A stretch of 6,527 nt of DNA from Defluviicoccus vanus (GTDB lineage: Bacteria > Pseudomonadota > Alphaproteobacteria > Rhodospirillales > Defluviicoccaceae). Where the stretch lies: assembly GCF_014672695.1 (NCBI RefSeq), contig NZ_CP053923.1:945298-951824 (forward strand), read 5' to 3'. Positions 5,750-6,527 of the stretch are shown here, one piece after another. The notes below the pieces were generated by a model. That model did no database searches. It was not told the DNA's origin and saw only the letters and a program-made list of their open reading frames with translations. Every line of letters starts with the position of its first letter. Position 1 is the stretch's first letter. The position numbers and the translations under genes are program-made.

Positions 5750-6527
5750 TCGGCGACGGATCCAGGGAGGCCTCTAAACGCCATCCGTCGAGACGGAAGC
5801 CCGCATAAGGCGGCTTAGTACTACAGTTGCGTTTCTAGTCGTTTCTTGCGGTGACTGCTGGCGGCTGTCGTTTGGTGGCTGCGGCGCCATCGTGAGCAGG
5901 CCCAGACGAAGGCGGGATGGGTTTTCGCCCGGAACAGGATCCTTTCGAGCATGTGGCGGATTTCCGGCGTGGCGAGCGGGACGGTCATGCGGCCGCGGCG
6001 GCCGGACTCGTTTTGTCCCGTTTATCGAAGGCGATCCGGCGCTGGTCGGCCGACAATTTGGCGAGGAAGGCGGCGGCAGCGAGGACCAGGCTCATGTGGC
6101 GATGCCATCCGTGCCAGGAGCGCGCCTCGCAGTGATCGAGGCCGAGGTCGTCCTTCGCCCGCAGGAAGCACTCCTCGATCGTCCAGCGGAGGCCTGCGGC
6201 AGCGGCAAGCTCGGGCAGGGACGTGCCTTGCCGGGCATAGGCAAGGTAATAGGCGAGTGCTTGCGCATCACGCCGGCTGCGGCGGATGAGCAGCCAGCGC
6301 TCGAAACCGTCATCCGTCGACCATCCGAGCGGCAGCCTTGCCCAGTCGTAGAGCCTTGGACCCTTCGCCCCCTCGCCGGCGGTCAGCGACGACCACGCAT
6401 CGTCCGCCAGCGTGTCCAGCATGGTGGCAGGGTCGGTCTGGACGAGGGTCCCGTCCTCGAGGAAGCGAAGGGTGTGGTTGGAGCGTACGGCAAGGACATA
6501 AGGCTGGGCGGCGGCCCTCGAGCAGGT
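5750..6527 (-). mobile_element. Partial IS701-family insertion sequence (one end somewhere in 5744-5820; the rest is off-window)
   Basis: The transposase reading frame ends at 5821, and the neighbouring unrelated gene ends at 5743. The IS terminus must therefore lie in the 77-nt gap between them. The terminal IR cannot be identified without the other end. Confidence 0.55.
5821..6527 (-). pseudogene. IS701-family DDE transposase, 3' portion, interrupted by a frameshift (N-terminus beyond the right edge)
   Basis: Frame A is open from the window edge: TCSRAAAQPYVLAVRSNHTLRFLEDG..., continuing through the track ORF 5985..6422. That ORF carries GLRWTIEECFLRAKDDLGLDHCEARSWHGWHRHMSLVLAAAAFL, the IS701/IS4-type YREK region with the catalytic E. 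Frame A stops at 5985-5987. The conserved family C-terminus continues in the -1 frame from 5988 to a TAG at 5821-5823: (M)TVPLATPEIRHMLERILFRAKTHPAFVWACSRWRRSHQTTAASSHRKKRLETQL. The frame switch falls in the GC repeat GCGGCCGCGGCGGCCGG (5989-6005). Confidence 0.7.

Noticed and set aside
5754-5790. 8-bp stem CGACGGAT/ATCCGTCG with a 21-nt loop after the secreted-protein stop; possible terminator or IS end
   Set aside because: The loop is too large and there is no T-tract, so it is not an intrinsic terminator. It may simply be part of the IS701 terminal region. The recurring ACGGAT/ATCCGT hexamers across the window are only mildly enriched, and the shared CCCTGGAT 8-mer with 3434-3441 is expected by chance at this window size.
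5152-5808. 218-aa plus-strand ORF overlapping the secreted-protein gene in another frame, and 5380..5784 minus
   Set aside because: The products are Arg/Asp/Gly-rich with no signal or motif. The 5066..5743 frame has the RBS, the signal peptide and the better codon bias.

Overview
High-GC (probably alphaproteobacterial) chromosomal window. It runs from a housekeeping block into an IS-rich accessory patch. The left half, all on the minus strand, holds three genes. First is a class-1 fructose-1,6-bisphosphatase that is open at the left edge and therefore missing from the supplied ORF track. Second is an MbfA-type erythrin-VIT1 membrane ferritin / iron exporter. Third is a histidine-box (di-iron) fatty-acid-hydroxylase-family membrane protein. 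From about 3445 to 4775 there is a complete IS110-family insertion sequence with IS1111-subgroup architecture. It has a DEDD/Ser transposase at 3515-4525 and perfect 12-bp subterminal inverted repeats at 3455-3466 and 4756-4767. Only 48 nt separate the left repeat from the start codon, but about 230 nt of structured non-coding sequence separate the stop codon from the right repeat. That 3' non-coding end is the best candidate here for a bridge RNA / seekRNA-type guide. It contains segments that nearly copy the left, and more weakly the right, IS/flank junction. Downstream lie an orphan signal-peptide protein (5066-5743) and the 3' part of a frameshifted IS701-family transposase on the minus strand that runs off the right edge. 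I found no tRNA, rRNA or CRISPR array. The many long ORFs antisense to these genes look like high-GC shadow ORFs.
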